Assembly: GCF_009914755.1 (NCBI RefSeq) | Contig: NC_060936.1 | Direction: 5' to 3' (one strand) | Origin: the human T2T-CHM13v2.0 reference genome, Homo sapiens | DNA: 64,000 nt | Part shown: piece by piece, positions 32,821 through 47,906 of the stretch | How the letters are laid out: each line of letters begins with the position of its first letter | How positions within the stretch are numbered: the first letter of the stretch is position 1 | Notes under the pieces: generated by a model | Told to the model about the DNA's origin: nothing | Database searches by the model: none | What the model saw: only the letters and a program-made list of their open reading frames with translations | Translations under genes and position numbers: made by a program

Positions 32821-34648
32821 TTGAAGTAGAAGAGTAATGAAATAATAGAAACTTAAGTCTTCTTTTTAAAGAAAATATGTGCACTTTTCTGGGTTAATAA
32901 ATAGCAGGCAGAGGAATTCCACTTCGATTGTTTTATTGGGAGTGGGGGTTTAACATACCCCACTCTGGTGCTGCTCAGTTAAGATCTCAAGCTTACTTTC
33001 TTTTGCACCTCAACTGGAGGGCTTGGCTTTACATACGACCAAATATTCTGGGTTGGTAAAGGCAACTCCAGCAGGCAAAATCAGAGCAATCCCTGGAAAA
33101 GAGGAAAAAACTGAAACTGATCATTTGTGGACATTTAAATTTACCAATTGTCTAGAAATTCCATACAAGAGCTGAGATATATGCTCTTGTTCCAACTGTG
33201 CACTTACCTTTGATACTTCATTAAGTAAATTATTAATATTTGGCACTGATCTAAATATGCATGTCCCATCTGTTTTACAACTTTTTAAAAAATTTAACTT
33301 GCTGCCTGATAGTTAACCAAGTGCATTGACAGAAATGAGGTAAGTATGTGACCCAAGTCTGAGCTTAGGTTTGAATGCAGCTTTCTAATTTCTAATGCTG
33401 TGCTTTACTCATGATCCACATTATTTCATCAAAAAGCCTCACCCCTCTGACTCCTCAGGGGTTCATAATGGCACAAAATTTAGGTCTTGCCCTCTACTAA
33501 AGGGATGGAATTAACTTTTAAAAGGGGTGATGTTTGATGCAGGGAAGAGAAAGAGAACAGAGAGAGGGGACCACTAGATGACTTACTATAGTCCCTCCCT
33601 TTCTACCGCAGAACACAGCAGAGATCAGAGGCCAGGGCTTTCCCTTTCATAGAACTGGGAAGAGACAGTTGTCAGAAGCTGCATGAGGTCTTGGTTTTGT
33701 TTTACAAATCTGATCTTTTAATCAAGAGGTTCTTATTCTTTAGAAACACAGTGGTCCCTGGGGGCCACTACCCTTTCCCTTTGAAAACTTGAATTCGAAT
33801 TCTCTAAGTCAAAAGTGAAAGGTTTTGTTTGTATTCTAAGACCAGCACCTATCTAGTAACCACTTCAGGAAAGCAGCAGGATTTGGGAGCTAGGCCATGC
33901 TTTAATTTACATATCATATGTCCTTATGTAAGAGAAAGTTCATACCTTTCAAAAGAAAAAGGAACGTTTGCTTTTTTACATCTTTGTTGTTCATCTGACT
34001 CATGAAAGAACATGATCGGTTCGAGTTTATTTTTAGGATATACTGGTACTGGCTTTTAGTTTTAGTAAATGTTAAGTTGGACAAGTTAGGGGCCTAGCTT
34101 GGGAGCTGCAGAAATTGGCTGAGCCCCACAGGTGATTTATAGATAATCTTTCCAGTAAGAACATTGAAGGGCTACACACAATGACACTTAGAAAAAGAAG
34201 GGAAATGAAGCTGTTCCTTGACTACTACCCAGTTTCTGTTGAGGTTTATTACTTCTAGATGATAAGGTTTACACGAAGTTTACATTATGTTTTTTCAGTT
34301 CTCAAGTTTCAGCAAATACCTGAACCAAGTTTTTTTCTGTTATTCTAAGAACTGCCCTGGAGTGCCTTTTAACTTTTGTACCACCACGCAAAGTGTACTA
34401 TCAATTCATGTCCTTTAGCTCTTCTATTCTTCAATGCATTTCTCCCATTCCTGTAGGTATGGCGGGGATCAACTTTTCATACCACCAAGAGTCACCCCTA
34501 TTCCCTTTGAAGTACTGCCCTATGGCATAAGCTTGTTCATACGGTGTTCAAACAGCTACCGTTCACTTCTATGAGGGTCACCTTACTGGAAACCAAGGTA
34601 TGACGAGTAACTAAATCTTCTCATCAAGCAGAAGGGAGCTGGACTTTA

Positions 34649-35060
<412 letters not shown>

Positions 35061-36903
35061 ATGGAGAAATGGAGCCTAGGTTTGAATCCTGGCTCCCTCA
35101 CTTACTGGTTGGGTAACTTACGGCAGGAATTATGACTTATCTGGAAAACAGGGATAATACCTGTTTCAGCAGGTTGCTTTGAAGATTAAAACTTACAAGT
35201 ACCTTGTAAAACACACATAGGTTCTCAACACGTTAATTGCTTTCCATCCAAAAAGGTTGAGAGATGAGCAGTTGACCTTCACTAACCACTCTAGGTGGTT
35301 TATCATCTTTCCCAGAGAAGCTCCGGCTATATACTAAGTATGCCTCATTCAGGATAAGGATATAGCTAGACCCATGGTCGTAACTTTCAAACATCAATTT
35401 GCCGACCTTTAGTCAAGCGTATATTTAACATTTAACGTAAAAAGGAGACAAAACAGAAGAACGTGCTTCACGTTACAGGTGGTAGGAATATTTTGCCTAT
35501 TAAAATGAAGAATGTGAATACAGAGCCTAAGACTTGGGTGCTCAAATTTTTATCAATTGAATCTGTACAGCCATGCAGTCTCTTGGAAGAAAAACAGACT
35601 AAGAACCCACTGCCGTGTAACCTTCAGGAGTTGTGTCAAATGCTGGATTAGAAAGCTGACCCTAATTCAGAGTCCCTACTTCTTAATAGGCTTCACACTT
35701 TTTTTTTTTTCCAGGCATTAAGCACTGTAACCTAAGTGGGAAGAAAGAGATCCACACCTTCCCCAAAGAAACAGAAGATGGATCTAGTGTCAGGCTCAAT
35801 TAGACCCAATTGTGATGACTCTCCAAAAAGGAACAATGCGGCTTTTGTGATATGCTCAGGCAGAAAGCTTGGACATTTTACAAAACAATCTTATCCCAAG
35901 AGAAACCTGGGTTCCAGCCCTCTTCCTGGAAAGAGGGGTTGATCCAGGAAAGTTTTATACTACTCTTATCAGCTCTTGCTGAGATCAGTATTTTTTTTAA
36001 CAATCTCAGAAACAACCCAGACCAATGTGAAACCAGGAATATGAACCACTCCCCTGTTGGAGCACTCACACCCATAGGTCTCCACAGCCAAACCACAGGG
36101 TGTCAGATTATTTTGTTACTGTCTACCAAAGGGAACTCTTGCTGGAATTCTGGTATTTCATTAATCTGCCCCGATTTCAGTCTAAAAACCCTTGACAGAG
36201 TGGATCCAGCGGCCAGCCTCGGCTATTGGAAGTGCTAAAATGCAAATGTGCAAAATCCTGGCCAAGCTCCCCATCCCCCAGGAAAGTGCTTCCTTACAGC
36301 CGGGCCTGGAGGGGAATGTGAAAAAGAGGGCTTGAGCTGCCCTCCTCCTCTCCACCCGGACCCTCGCTCACACTGGGAGATTCAGTATGCATGACTGAGC
36401 CGGCAAGCACGCAAGGACAGCGCTCTTTTAACTTTTCTCAACAATGGCTTCAGTCCTTCCACCTTCACATCCTCCCCACACCCACTCTCAGGGTAAAAAA
36501 AATCCATCTTTCTTGCCCACGTCGTGAACCACTTTTCAACATCACCTCTAGATCTCATTTTCACCCAAAGAAAAACTGGCCACTCGGGGAAACTGTGACT
36601 TACATACAAATCTGGTTTTTTAAAAAGTTTCATTTTGTTCAATTTCTTTAAATTTCCACGTTGTTGAAAGTTTAAAGCCAAACATTATATAAATCTCCAG
36701 TCTAATCACATTTCTAGAAACAAAACATGTCAGTAGTAAACCTTATACAGAATAAAATTCTACCCATGAGTTGACTCACCCCCACATAGGATGCACCAAA
36801 CTCCACCTTGCGTCCTCTTAGAGTATACAAACAACACCTCCTACCTTGGCATGTACCCAAGCACACAATGCCTTAAAAATAATTCGCAGATACAAGGCTG
36901 TTG

Positions 36904-38421
36904 TTTTTTTTTTTTTTTTTTCAAAAACATACTTCATATTTCCTCTTTTATTATATAAATATCAGTTTAACCTTTTACTGTAAGAATATAAACGTTTTAA
37001 GAGGATCTTTGTTATTATTTATACAAATTCACAAACAGTACAATTAATTGATAAAGGTCTCTGGGTTTCTTTAACTCCATGGTCTTGCATGTTGCTGTGG
37101 AGGGTTCTAAAGAAATAACAACAAAAATCCAACGAAAATATACATCCTACTCAGAAGTGATTTCTTTAAAGCCACAAGTCCCAACCGCCACCAAAAGAAA
37201 GAAAGTCATCTATTCCTCCATTTAGAAACGGAATTTTTTAAAACCCACAAACTCCCATTTTGTTAATAGAACAGAGATAAGATATGAGCTTCATCACAGC
37301 CCCAGGGGCTCTGCAGGCCAGCTCTGCTCCTGTTTCCCACAGGAAGCCGCACTGTGTGACCTTTTTGGGGGGAAACTTGGAAGAGGGTGAGGGTAGGGCA
37401 GAATTTGCATATATAATCATCATTTTCAAGACACAATCTGCATCTCCAACAAAAACAACGGTTCAACTCTCATTGCTCCCACATATTTGTGCTATAAATT
37501 AAGATTTAGAAATAGGTCCTCAAATCCCAATGAACAAGGAGAAAAAGGAAATTATAGCCAGAATGTGGAAGTGGGGCACACTGGACGGATGGAGGCTGGG
37601 AAGAAGCCAACACAAAAAGACGGACAAACCCAAGGGCATCTTTCCAGTCTAGGCACAAACATGTTTCAGTCTCAAAATATCTCTCTTGTAGAATTCCAGG
37701 GCTTCAGAAAAAAAGTAAACTAAAACGAGGTAGCCAGACATATATATGTATATATATATATATATAATTTATATATATATAATATATAGAATATATTCAG
37801 CAGAAAAAAGGACCATGATTTCAAATTTTTTCCAAAAAAAAATTTTTAAACAGGAAAGAAGATTAAGAACATGAAATGAGCATGAATAGCAGAGTACTGT
37901 AAGAGGAGGAGTGATGAGAAGAGACTGGGATTAGTTACAAAGTGGAAGGGTGAAAAGGCCTTTGTAGCTGGGTTTGCTTTTTATACATTTCAAAATAAAA
38001 ACCAGATCACAGTATTCAAATGAAAGCTGAAGTGAAAGCAGACATTTTCCTCAACTCCCCAGGGTTGAAAAGACCAGTCACTCCCCACCCCCATTTCCAG
38101 TCACAGCAGTGGGGATACAGTAGCTGAATCAGTCCTCCACCCCCTGCAGGGGAGTGGGTGGGTAAGCAGCAGAGTCCATCTCTCCATCCGCGGGGAAAAG
38201 GAGCTGGGAGTAGGGTAGGGTAGGAACCCCAGCTGCAAAGAGAATGGGCTGGAAGCCGGGAGGGGGCTGGAGGAGGGAGGAGGAAACGAGCCTGAGGCTT
38301 CTGTCATAGCCCCATCTCATCCGCTGCAATGATCTGTGCGTAAGTGTGCGTGTGAGTGTGTGGGGGCGGTGGTAATGGGAGGATGAACAGGGCGGGACAA
38401 GGGGAGCTGGTGCTGCCGCCC
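36904..38421 (-). other. FBXL14: Probable 3'UTR of the unspliced 400-aa FBXL14 isoform
   Basis: No interspersed repeats recognised, AU-rich on the mRNA strand, directly after the TGA. AATAAA on the minus strand at 36952-36947. Confidence 0.65.
36947..36952 (-). terminator. Candidate polyadenylation signal AATAAA
   Basis: tttatt on the + strand, ~1.47 kb after the stop, followed 25 nt later by a genomic A18 run on the minus strand. Confidence 0.5.
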
Positions 38422-39624
38422 TCACCTGACCTTCTCACTGTCCGTCATCTGCCAGAGTCCCAGGTTGAGTACCTTGAGGCACGGCAGCTGCGTGATGCGC
38501 TCCAGGCCGCGCTTGGTGATTCGGGTGCAGCCGTACAGGTCTATGCCGGTGAGTTGGCTCAGGTGCTCAGCGATCAGCTCCAGGCCCTTGTCCGTGATGC
38601 GCACACACTGTCCAATGTTGAGCGTGCGCAGCCCGTGCATCTGCCGCACCATGCGGTTGATGCCATCATCACTGATGTGGCAGGAGCAGAGGGAGAGAGA
38701 CTTGAGGCCATCCAGCCCCTGGGCTATGTAAGCCAGACTCTGGTCTCCCACCTTGTCACAGAACGAAACATCCAGCCCCGAGAGGCGCAGGCTGCCCATG
38801 GCCAGATGCATGATGCCCGTGTCACTGATGTTGTCACAGGAGCGCAGGTTGAGGCTGCGCAGGCTGCCCATGTGCGACAGGTGCAGGAGGCCAGCGTCCG
38901 AGATTCCCCCACAGAAGCTGAGGTTGAGGAGCCTCAGGCCCGTCAGCCCTCGGGAGATGTGCTTTAGAGAAAGATCTGTGAGCTTCTGGCAGTCCTGTAG
39001 CGTGAGCTGCTCCAGGCCCAGGCAGCCCTCCGCCGCGCTGCGCGTCATGCCGGCCAGGTGCCCGATGCCCACATCCGAAAGGTGGCGGCAGCTGCGGAGG
39101 TTAAGGCTCTTGAGGCGCTGCAGACCCCAGGCGATGAGCAGAAGGCCAGTGTTGGTGATGTTGCTGCAACCTCCCAGCTCCAGCACCTCCAGGCCCTTGA
39201 GGTACTGGGCTATGCGGCCCAGGCTGCTGTCAGTGATCTGCTTGCAGAGGCTCAGGTTGAGAGCGCGCAGGGAGCCGATCTCCTGCACAAACGCGTGGCC
39301 CAGCCCGTTGTCGGTGAGGTTGTAGCAGCCGCTGAGGTTGAGGCTCTCGATGTTGGCCATGCCCTGGATCACGTAGCTGAGGCTGCGGCGGAGGCTCAGG
39401 ATCTGCACCCGGCGGATGCCCCGGGCCTGCAGGCTGGGGAACAGCGACGGGTTGGCCCGGCGCAGGTGCAGCTTGGCCTCCACCCCCCGCCACACCGACT
39501 TGTGGTAGGCGGCGTCCCGCCAGGCGGTGCACACCTGCGCCGCGCGCCCCTTGTCCCGGACGTCCAGGTAGCCGAAGATCATGGCCAGCAGCTCCGGGAA
39601 CAGGCATGAGATGTGGGTCTCCAT
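38422..39624 (-). CDS. FBXL14: F-box/LRR-repeat protein 14, main coding exon; 400-aa unspliced form ending ...TDSEKVR* (spliced form leaves at 38431)
   Basis: ORF METHISCLFPELLAMIFGYLDVRDKGRAAQVCTAWR is an N-terminal F-box followed by repeated LxLxxCxxITDxGL cysteine-containing LRRs. Strong Kozak AAGATGG. Sequence recognised as FBXL14/Ppa. Confidence 0.98.
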   Translation of the reverse strand: METHISCLFPELLAMIFGYLDVRDKGRAAQVCTAWRDAAYHKSVWRGVEAKLHLRRANPSLFPSLQARGIRRVQILSLRRSLSYVIQGMANIESLNLSGCYNLTDNGLGHAFVQEIGSLRALNLSLCKQITDSSLGRIAQYLKGLEVLELGGCSNITNTGLLLIAWGLQRLKSLNLRSCRHLSDVGIGHLAGMTRSAAEGCLGLEQLTLQDCQKLTDLSLKHISRGLTGLRLLNLSFCGGISDAGLLHLSHMGSLRSLNLRSCDNISDTGIMHLAMGSLRLSGLDVSFCDKVGDQSLAYIAQGLDGLKSLSLCSCHISDDGINRMVRQMHGLRTLNIGQCVRITDKGLELIAEHLSQLTGIDLYGCTRITKRGLERITQLPCLKVLNLGLWQMTDSEKVR

Positions 39625-40620
39625 CTTCCTCCTCCCCCCTCCGCGGCGCTGGGGGGAGGAGGCGCGGGCCCCGCCGCTCCGGCCTCGGGCAGGCGACGAG
39701 AGCGCTTCTCCCCAGCCGCCGCCGCCGCCGCCGCCGCCGCCTCGGGCCCAACGGCCGGCCCCTCCCCGCCTTCCGGCTCCGGCCGCCGCCGCCGCTCCTC
39801 CTCCTGGTCCGTCCGTCCTTCCTTCCTGCCGGCTGCGCCTCCGGCCCGGCCCTCCCCCGCCCCGGGCTCCGCACGGCGCTCACATCCCGGGCGGGGAAGG
39901 CGCCTCGCTCTCGCTCCCGGAGGCCGGCCGCCGCCGCCGCCTCGGCTCTACCCACGCCGCGCCCGGGCCGCGCCGCTCCGCCCGCGCCGCCGCGCCCACG
40001 CCCCCTGCCGCATCCTCCGCCTCCTGCCGCCGCCGCTGCTCCGCGGGCCGGCGGGCGGCGAGGGGGCCCCGGGGGCCGGGCGCACGGGCTCCGGGCGCGG
40101 AGGAGGCTTCCTGCTGCCTTTGTCTCTCGCCCGCTTTTCAAACCTCCCAGCCCCGGGCCGCCCGCACTCCGCCGCCCAGGCGGGGGGACCAGGAGGCCAA
40201 TCCCGGCCGGCGGCGTGCGTTCCTTCTCCCCCGCCGTCCGCGGCCACTTGGGAGCTGCCGGCCCCCGCACCAAGGACGCCGCGGCCGTCCGGCCGGAGCG
40301 CGGCTCGGCGCAGACCCCGGGCGAGCAGGCGGGCCGTGCGTTTGGTAGCGCCCGGGCCGGCCCCGGCTCCGCCGCCCTGCAGCGCGTCCCCTCCGCCGCT
40401 CCCGCTCCCCCGCGCCCGCGCAATGGTACGGGCCTGCGCTGCCGGAACTGTGGAGCCGTTGCCCTGGAAACCGAGTTCGGCCTGGTCCCGTGGCCCCTGA
40501 TTTTTAACCCTGTGGGCGCCACGGGGGAGCGGCAGCTGTCAGCAGAGCGCCTCCCCACCCGGCTTCTTTTCACCCGGTAGCCCGTTATTGAGCCGTTCCC
40601 TCTCTGGGCCACGCCCCAGC
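39000..40620. promoter_or_regulatory. FBXL14: CpG island / FBXL14 promoter and 5'UTR (TSS probably ~40.1 kb, minus strand)
   Basis: Very high GC and CpG density, GC boxes, CCAAT at 40197-40201. Confidence 0.92.
39715..39741 (-). repeat. (GGC)9 trinucleotide repeat in FBXL14 5' leader
   Basis: 27 nt of uninterrupted GCC on the + strand, 90 nt upstream of the ATG. Confidence 0.95.
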
Positions 40621-43070
40621 CCCGTTCCTTCTTTTTCTTTGCTGTTGAAGTCTGCGCAGCCCCTTCCCACAGTTTACCCCTGCAATTCGTTACCCTTATT
40701 TCACACCCCTCTCCCTTGATTATCCCTGCGAGAGCCGCCTCCTATAGCAGTGCTCAATAATCGTCACCCCAACTCTCCTTTTCTTACTGTCCCTAATGCC
40801 CCTTAACGCCTCATTATCACACCCCCTGCTCCCCCGGTTGGGGCTGTTTACTACGACGCCTTTCTCTCCAGTCTTGTGTCTTAAATTGGAGAGAAACTCG
40901 GCTGTACTCATCTTAAACAATGACCCCCTCCAGTCGGTGTTCTAGAAATTTCTAGAATTATCCATGACTACTTCCTTCTAGCATCTTCTGATGGTTTCCA
41001 GACACGCTGTGTGTGTTTCCCTCGGTACTTGATACATCAAAACTTCCCTCTACTTCTGAACGCTGCTGCGCCACCAATGCCCTCAGTCCGCTTTGCTTAC
41101 AGGGGAACAGCCTTCCCCTAAGCCTTGTTTTAGGAGCTTTCTCCTTGTCATCAGCCTTAGACTATCAGTTGTATGGCTCAGTTGTACTGATAGTCAATAT
41201 ATTCGTATATGCTGAATCCAATTTACTTTTTGATTAAAATGGAATGACAGTTGAACTTGGTTTAAGACAATCCAGTCGTGTCTGTTGGTTTATCAACCGT
41301 TTTATGGAAGCAGGGCACAATTCCATTCTAGGATGTAGCCCCTGGGTCCTAAATGTCCGTACTAAGGATAGAATTTCAGAAGTTTCATTTTAACTACCCC
41401 CAAACCAAGAATTTTTGGATCAGAGAAAATGATCCTCTGTATTTTAATTTATGGATCCACACAACTAGATACAAGACCAGCGGATTTATCAGAAAGGGAA
41501 AATGGTTTCATTGATTCTTTGAGGACCTGAACAAGATTTGGAAGGGGTTCCATATTCAGTGTAGGAGAGTAACTTTTGCCCAAGCAACCACTATTAGACC
41601 AAATACATACAGATTCAGTAATAGGCATAATACACCTTTTACACCCCTACCACTCCTCTTTCCTAAATCAGGAAATGCAGAAGCAAAAATTCTCGCCAGC
41701 TTGTTACCTCACCCACATTACACGCAGTGTGGAGCCCATAGATTTTTATAACCTTCTTGAAAAAATAGACTGTACTGTTAGTCATCCAGTACATCCAGAT
41801 GTACGGTGGCAGTAAGTGTCACGATTCTGGGGTATGCCTGGGCTTCACTCTTCTCCTGGAGGTTATCTAGGCTTTTATTCTTCTCAGTCACTTCTGCCTA
41901 AACGTTTACCTTAAATTCTGCGCAAAAGTCACTTTTTGATTGTTCTGTGCACCTAGATGTGTTTGGGTTGATGTCAAGGCCTTAATCCAAAGCACCTTAG
42001 TGTAACTTAATCCTGCTTAATAAAAAACAAAGTACCCCACACATTTGGGGGGAATTTTAGACAAGGGGCCTGACCAGCCTCGGACTAAGAAGGAGCCTAA
42101 TGGTTTTCCTTCTCTAGAAAGGCCCTTGTTCTCAAATCTGAAGAGTCATTCAGAGGTATCTGGAAGCACTTTCTCTAGAAGTTGGCCATCTGGTCCTCGT
42201 TCTAACAACAGTTTTTCTTGAATTCTAGAATCTTATTAACACAAAGCCTTTTATTTAAGGCACTCAAGTATATATTATAAGGATTTTCAGCAATATGACT
42301 ATTTTCACCTTCAATAAATAGGAAAATATAGCATCAAGAAGCATCACAGAAAAAGCATTCCCGGGGAAAAGGAACTAGGGCGTAGAATGAGCCCTATGCC
42401 GAATCTGAACACCTGGTGACTTTATGCTACTGAGGAAACGACTCTCCTTTCTGGGTCTCGGTTTCCTTGTGTAACACCAGGATGATTTGACTAGGTAATC
42501 TTCAGGGACCTTTCCAGTAGGAACACTCTGAGGCCAAGAGCCTAGCATACTGTCTCCTTAACCCATGGAACAATTACACATTGTTCCTAATGCAGGCTCC
42601 AGATATTAAGAATAACTTCGAATACAATAACTTCCTGGGAGCTTTGGTTTATGCTCAGACTTAGGACACAAAAATATATGAAGAATATGTATAGACAGGA
42701 GACTCTGATTGTCTGGCAAAGATGTATACCAATGTAGAAAATCCTGTGGCTTGCTCTTCATATTTTTAAAACTGGTTGAGATTTTTGTATATGATTTAAC
42801 AAGTTGCAACCATAAGTTTTTTAACTAGCCTATTTAAAAGCAGAAATGATAGCCTTGTGTAGGGAGTCTCTCCAAAGCCTTACAAAGAATTTTTTTTTTA
42901 ATTCTAGATTTTTCAGATGGAATGTGCTTTTCACCTGGGTAGGGTGGGAAAATTGAGAGGCCCAACCCAAAGATCAGGCTTACCTAAGGATTCATACTTT
43001 CTCCTTCAGAAGGGGAAGACCTGGCAGGAAAGATCAGAAGAGCTCTGTAGCTTTTAACTCCTCATTCAAG

Positions 43071-43071
<1 letters not shown>

Positions 43072-43098
<27 letters not shown>
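43072..43098. repeat. (TA)n microsatellite
   Basis: Directly visible. Confidence 0.95.
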
Positions 43099-43102
<4 letters not shown>

Positions 43103-43136
43103 CAAAAATAGTGGCCCAGAGTCTAGTTTATGGGTT

Positions 43137-43490
<354 letters not shown>

Positions 43491-43839
43491 CTAGTGTATC
43501 TATGGCACAATGCCTGCTATGTAGTAGACATTTTGTCAGTGTTGTTGAACTGAAGTGAATGAGATGGATAATATAAATAATAATCTCTTTATGAAAGACT
43601 TCATACATATCGAAACTTCTTCGAGAGTTCTGGGCAGCCATTAGTAATCTGAGGTTTATAATAAAATGCTGCCTTTCCAACTTCAAGGTTTCTTGAGAGT
43701 AACATTCATTCTGTTGCTCAGTATTTCTAAGTAGGAGAGCATCTCTCTCGACACTTCTTCGTGACAGAATATTAAAGATAAGAGAGGGTGAGGATTTGAT
43801 TCACTGATTGCAAATAAAAGATTTAAGCAGAAACAACAA

Positions 43840-45290
<1,451 letters not shown>

Positions 45291-45906
45291 AGATTTTAGC
45301 AGGACAAACATTTTGAAATAAAGATAGAAAAAAAGAGAGAAAAATAGGTGAAAAGTATTCTTACATCAACAGATTGCCGGGAACCCCCTGAGATATTTGA
45401 GATGTTCCCCCAAATTATTAGCTTGCTGTATCTTGTAAATGTAGGCTTAGGATCATCTTTATCCACTACCGTAAAAATAAGGGCTTGTGATCTGGGTAGC
45501 CAGAGCCTTCCCGTGAGGGTGAATGTGTGCTATATTGTCCACACTGGGAAACCCACGGAGGTGAAAGGGGGTGCTGTACTATTAGTATTCACGCCCGATG
45601 GATGGTCACGCCCTTTTACTCTTGAAATCGGGTTGCCATTTGTAATTTGTTATTTGCAGCTTTTGAGTGTTAACTATAATAGGTGTTTTTGTAGTTTCAG
45701 GCACCCAACCAAAGAATCAGAAATACGGTAATAGAATAATCTCAGATATCAGGTATTGTTTGTTCAATGTTGACAAACACCTTAGGTACTTGTTACAAAA
45801 CAGGTAGATAGAACAACTCTAGGAAAATAAAGTGTGTTGTAAATGTAGCCATTTCCAGGTCACCGAACACTTAGAAAGACGGGTTTTCAATTTATTCAAT
45901 CATTCA

Positions 45907-46200
45907 GGCTGGGCAGGGTGGCTGTAATCCCAGCACTCTGGGAGGCCAGGGTGGGAGGATTGCTTGATCCCAAGAGTTTGAGACCAGCCTAGGCAACATA
46001 GCAAGGTCCCATCTCTACAAGAAATAAAAATAAAAATAATTAGCCAGGCGTGATGGCATGCACCTGTAGTCCCAGCTAGTCAGGAGGCTGAGGCAAGCGG
46101 GAAGACCGCTGGGCCAGGAGGTCAAGGCTGCAGTGAACTGTGCTTGCCCCCCTGCACTCCAGCTTGGGTGACAGAGCCAGACCATCTCTCGAGAAAAAAA
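45907..46200 (+). mobile_element. AluJ
   Basis: J-type positions. Confidence 0.88.
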
Positions 46201-46648
46201 ATTCAGGAAAATATTAATACAAATTATATACATTGCTCTGTGCTATGAAATAAACAAAGATGTAGAAGATTACGTTTTTGCCTTTAAGAACTTGGGATCC
46301 AGCAGGTGAGCTAGAAAATACCTGTGACAGTGACAGTATTTGTTAGTGTTATAAGTGCCAGCAGAGTGATAGAAATAAAGTTCTCAGTTTGGAGGATCCA
46401 TAGTGAAACCTAGAATTTGAATAGGTGTTGATGGGAAGAATGTCATTACATTATAGTGGAAATTTTTTTAGAGAATAGGCTGAAGTTTTATATTGTTTAG
46501 AAAAAAATAAGAACATTACAATAGCAACCATGTATTGTCATACATTGTTATGGATCTTCCATATTGAGGCATCAGTTAATCTAAAAAATCTAAAAAATCA
46601 CTTTCCTAAAGAATTCTTGGCTTTTATTTTTCCCAAGAATAAGAGATC

Positions 46649-46953
<305 letters not shown>

Positions 46954-47612
46954 TTAACTCTTATGTATCTGGAATTGGAAATTCAGTATCTGAAGTCAGA
47001 AAATTTTAATTCATGGTCTGGACTTTGCAACTGTTTTTACAACCGAGATTGCCTCAAAAAAAAAATTTGTTTTAGTCAGCTCTCTCCTCATTTGCCCCAT
47101 TCTTCTCTCTAACAATAGAACCAGACAAGGATGGAAAAAGAGGGAAGTTCAGGGTGTCCTGCCTGTGGCGTCCACGTGTGACTCTCCCCTACGTGCCCGT
47201 GCTTTCTGTTCCCATTCCCGTGAGCTGCGTTCACACCATACTTGGAGTCTGAAGCTGTGTGTTTGAATCCTTGCCCTCCCACTGTAGTCTGTTGCCTGAC
47301 CTATGGCAAAGTCACTCAATTCTTTGAGCTTCAATTTCCTCATCTATAAAACGAAAGTGATTGTCGTTCACGGAGCTGTGGTGAGATGCGTTAAGAAAAC
47401 ATCCACGAGAAAGGAAGGGCCTAGTGCATGCCCGGCACATAGTAGGGACCTAGTAAATGCTGTTTTTGTTTTTTTCTTTTATAAAGATGCACTTTGAAAA
47501 AGAAAAAAAAAACCCTTACAGATGTGCCTCAGAATTATACAGATGTACATTTACTGACAGTGACACTTTTTTAAAACTGTACTTCCTGTTTTAAAGAAAT
47601 GTGCAGGTTCGA

Positions 47613-47906
47613 AGCTGGGCGCAGTGGCTCATGCCTGTAATCCCAGCACTTTGGCAGGTCGAGGCAGGCGAATCACAAGGTCAGGAATTCGAGACCAGCC
47701 TGGCTAACTTGGTGAAACCCCGTCTCTACTAAAAATACAAAAAAATTAGCCAGGCGTAGTGGTGGGTGCCTGTAATCTCAGCTACTCGGGAGGCTGAGGC
47801 AGGAGAATAGCTTGAACCTGGGATGTGGAGGTTGCAGTGAGCGAGATCACTCCACTGCACTCCAGCCTGGGTGACAGAGCGAGACTCTGTCTCAAAAAGA
47901 AAAAGA
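47613..47906 (+). mobile_element. AluS
   Basis: TSD aagaaatgt(g/a)caggttc. Confidence 0.9.

Noticed and set aside
36904-39624. FBXL14 as a processed pseudogene or recent retrocopy (intronless CDS, AATAAA, A18)
   Set aside because: Intact ORF with its own CpG-island promoter and no TSD seen; this is the functional locus.
38356-40612. Long overlapping ORFs (203, 190, 183, 255, 324, 295, 460 aa)
   Set aside because: Shadow ORFs from FBXL14 codon bias and CpG-island GC content; no recognisable domains.
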